8,349 nt of DNA from Rotaria magnacalcarata. Lineage: Eukaryota. The stretch's first letter is position 1. Every line of letters starts with the position of its first letter. This document shows, piece after piece, positions 5,618 through 8,349 of this stretch. The notes under the pieces were generated by a model. That model was not told the DNA's origin. It saw nothing but the letters and a program-made list of their open reading frames with translations, and searched no databases. Both the position numbers and the translations under genes were made by a program. The DNA is taken from contig CAJNOV010002229.1 in NCBI GenBank assembly GCA_905261645.1, forward strand, positions 23,652 to 32,000. The letters are read 5' to 3'.

Positions 5618-7306
5618 CTAGTATTTTTGACTAAAAAAAAGTCAAACTGCAACAAACATATTTTTATAAGAATTTGTTTGAAGCAATTCAATTTCAGTTA
5701 TTGCTATTTAATATCTAAAAGAAAATATGCTTACATGAATGCTATTTTATTTTATCTTGAACTAATCGATCATGAAACATGCGAGGCATCCGTAAAAGAA
5801 ATTGTTTTTGTTTCTTTTAAGAATGACGTGAAACCTTAATTAAACTGATTGAGAAAAAAATTCTTTCAAAGAATATATACATTATCATCGTTTAGAAGGC
5901 ATAGAAGTAATTTTGAATTGTTTCTATTATTCAGATTTATAACACAAAAGAAAGCTTTTCTTTATGAGTGAGTAAAATTTTCAAAGTACGTCTCGTTGCG
6001 CTTTTTTTCTTTGCTTTTAATTGTTAAATTGTTCAAGAATTGAAAACAGTAATATCCTCTATTTTCGATATCAAAAATGAGTTCCCTCCTCGAATACTAT
6101 ATTCTATTATTTTCCCCTCATATCGTTAAGAATTATACCATTATTTGGCGTATGTGTTTGTCTTTTAATCACTCTAGCTTCGTACGACTCGTCATCAGTC
6201 CTCAGTACATCTTCAAACAAAATAACTTCGAGATAACATCAATTTCATATGAATAACATGAAACATGACTTGATTACTCGGAAATAACGACATATCAACT
6301 ACGTTGCCAATCATTGTTTTGAAGTGTTTTGACTTTTAAGAAAATGCTATCGAAATTTTTTCAACGACATTTTATGAAAAAAGCATACTTGAAGTTTACT
6401 ACTACCTGATGAAGCTCAACATCAAGATACATAAGTTTTTTTTTCTTCAAAATGTAATATGACGCTCTAAAGCTAAAATTTTAAGAACCGATCGAATACC
6501 ATTTTTTCATAAAAATTACAATAGGCACAAACGTATATTTGCCTAATGTAATATATTGCTAAACAGCGCTTCGTTGAATGTTGGTTGAGAAAAATCAACT
6601 GTTTCAATACAACTCATATAATCAAAGAGATCGATTCTGAGAATCTTGTTATTGAATAAAAATCCAAAGATTCACAATGCAATGAAGTCTTAACAAGAAA
6701 TATTCTAATTAATCTGCACTGAATCCATCCGCTTACTTTTTTTTTCGAGAAAAATATTTTGTTCTCCTTATGTATAATGCCATCGTCTAATACTAGATCA
6801 GCACGCTGTCTATGTAACAAAGAAATAGTCTTGTATAAAAATGTGGCAAATGTACATGAGTTTTTTGTTTCGATTATTTGATGTTATTCAACAAAAAGAA
6901 GTTCCAAGAAAGCATAATCTAACACAATAAATTGTCGAATGGGAAGAAGATTCACTTCAGTAGATGTAGCAAACAGCAGAAAAATCTCGAAGCGTATTAA
7001 TTGAATACATAAATAACCATTTTGTTTTGAACCAGGAAAACAAATCGTCAAGAAAAAATAACGGCGAATGATATTAATTCAAACCAAACTCAAACAAATT
7101 TCACAGATAAACTCGACCAACACTCAAGCATTTCTAATACGACTGATTGTGCACCGGCTCTTAAACATACTAGTTCGATCAGTGTATCACTTGAGAAGTG
7201 CAACGAAGCAAAAGCGTAGTTTTGTTTTCTGTTGACTAAGTATGTATAAAGTAGTGTATGAATTTTTTTCAAAAGATTCGTTTAAAAACTAACTTTCGAG
7301 GATGTC

Positions 7307-7528
7307 ATGCTGATCTTATATGGCATCCAGGCCTTGCACTCATATACCAAGCCTTGTTACCGAGTGCTATCCAATATGACTGACTATTGTGTTATTCAGT
7401 TCAAACAGTACGATATCAAGCAACTAATAGAATGTATTGATTTTCGTTTAGCGGTTGATCGAGCCAACGTAAGCATGAACCACAATTCTGAGCTGAAAAC
7501 TTATGCATTCAAAATTCTAGTCTTCTGA
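7307..7528 (+). CDS. Hypothetical orphan ORF (73 aa unspliced), no recognisable family
   Basis: A genuine ATG at 7307 has an in-frame TAA upstream at 7283..7285. The region is visibly less AT-rich than its flanks. An internal consensus donor AAC|GTAAGC at 7468/7469 and an AG at 7519..7520 would remove a typical 52-bp intron and continue in frame to TAG at 7635..7637. The length is within the chance range for this window. Confidence 0.25.
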   Translation: MLILYGIQALHSYTKPCYRVLSNMTDYCVIQFKQYDIKQLIECIDFRLAVDRANVSMNHNSELKTYAFKILVF

Positions 7529-8349
7529 TAAAAAAATCAGTCATAGTCTATGTTCAGAAACTGGCATTACGCAACTATTTTGCCTCGAAAATGACAGTAT
7601 CTCTTTGTTTAATTTCAATTCTTACATATCTCAGTAGCTGAATGGATGTTTGGACGAAAAATAAAATTGGCACTTGTATAACGACTTGAACAGTCTCTTG
7701 CAGAACAGTCGCATGACACGATGTTTCATATTAGTTAGGAATACCCGTTAATCGAATGCAGGATAATAATAAATCTAAGCAGACCGCGAGATCGGTATTG
7801 AGTTTCAAATGTTGCTTTTACATATATTGTTATTATAATAGATTACAAAAAAAGATTTTCTCAACAACACATATATTAGATGAATAACAACTTCTTGAAT
7901 TAGAAAACTATATTATTCATGAGCGGAGCTGAAATAAATAGAAACTGATTTTAACAATAGCTCTTCTTTTGTAATTTTTTTGATGAAAAATTAAGAATAG
8001 AATTTTTTTTGTTTTCGTTGGCCATATCTATTTATAATTGTGTTGGAGCAAAACGATTCCCAAATTCCGATTGACTATTATTCTTAACGCCGAGTATGTT
8101 AATAATAGAAAAATAGCAAAAGAAAAAACGTGTTATATAGTTACCTTTTTTCATTGGAGAAAAACCAAGACTGATTACAGTAGTTATAACATCACTATCA
8201 GCCTAGAGCAACCTAGGAGATTTGTTCGAAGTTAATACAATGTTTTGCAGATAATAGAGCAATCGTTTTATTAAATGATTTTGCTATTTTTTAAATGAAC
8301 GACGGAGTTATATGAGTATCAATTTATGAAAAACGATTCAGTTCGTAGT

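Noticed and set aside
5615-5646. 10-bp palindrome ATACTAGTAT (5615..5624) and TTTGAC-n9-GTCAAA (5626..5646) upstream of gene B
   Set aside because: These are short AT-rich palindromes overlapping the TATA-like motif. They could be a factor site, but nothing distinguishes them from chance in this composition.
5503-5839. Track ORFs 5503..5691(-) and 5606..5839(+)
   Set aside because: The - ORF starts with TTG and is out of frame with the true exon 1 that it overlaps. The + ORF is extremely AT-rich (F/I/K/L/N) and lies in the gene B promoter region. Both are consistent with chance.
6077-6256. 59-aa ATG ORF on + strand (MSSLLEYYILLFSPHIVKNYTIIW...), just under the track cutoff
   Set aside because: It has no recognisable motif, no splice continuation and a chance-level length. 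I kept it only as a note for RNA-seq inspection.
6614-8235. Track ORFs 6614..6820(-), 7090..7272(-) and 8038..8235(+)
   Set aside because: All begin with TTG rather than ATG. A rough estimate assumes about 30% GC and a stop frequency of about 0.08 per codon. On that basis, on the order of ten stop-free runs of 60 codons or more are expected by chance in six frames of 8.3 kb. This is a back-of-envelope figure, not a computed statistic.
1-8349. Interpretation as a prokaryotic accessory or defence island, CRISPR array or mobile element
   Set aside because: There are no direct-repeat and spacer arrays, no transposase, integrase or nuclease-like ORFs, and no operon structure. The coding sequence is interrupted by spliceosomal-type introns.

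Overview
This window reads as AT-rich eukaryotic nuclear DNA, not a prokaryotic locus. The supplied ORFs are mostly exon fragments, or chance or antisense frames; several of their M starts are really TTG or GTG. Joining open frames across canonical GT..AG introns of 45-112 bp (one of 403 bp) gives two convergent genes. Gene A (+, join 779..830,1234..1512,1568..1809; 190 aa) has a signal peptide, a polybasic stretch, a Gly/Tyr/Asn-rich low-complexity core and a C-terminal hydrophobic, GPI-signal-like tail. Gene B (-, 10 exons, 2982..5555; 658 aa) has a signal peptide, a ~260-aa 10-Cys N-terminal domain I cannot assign to a family, two beta-sandwich-like 2-4 Cys modules, a Thr/Ser-rich mucin-like stalk, one transmembrane helix and a short basic tail. 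The track's 300-aa ORF is exon 2 of gene B. The remainder (1..778, 1810..2981, 5556..8349) is AT-rich and has no confident gene. The only other lead is a less AT-rich block at about 7030..7800 holding a weak orphan ORF (7307..7528). I see no rRNA, tRNA, CRISPR array, clear transposon termini or operon-like organisation, so there is no evidence for a prokaryote-style multi-gene system. The most novel-looking object is the unassigned extracellular domain of gene B. Tiny introns and AT-richness suggest a compact invertebrate genome (rotifer-like is a low-confidence guess). All coordinates and translations were worked out by hand; no searches were run.
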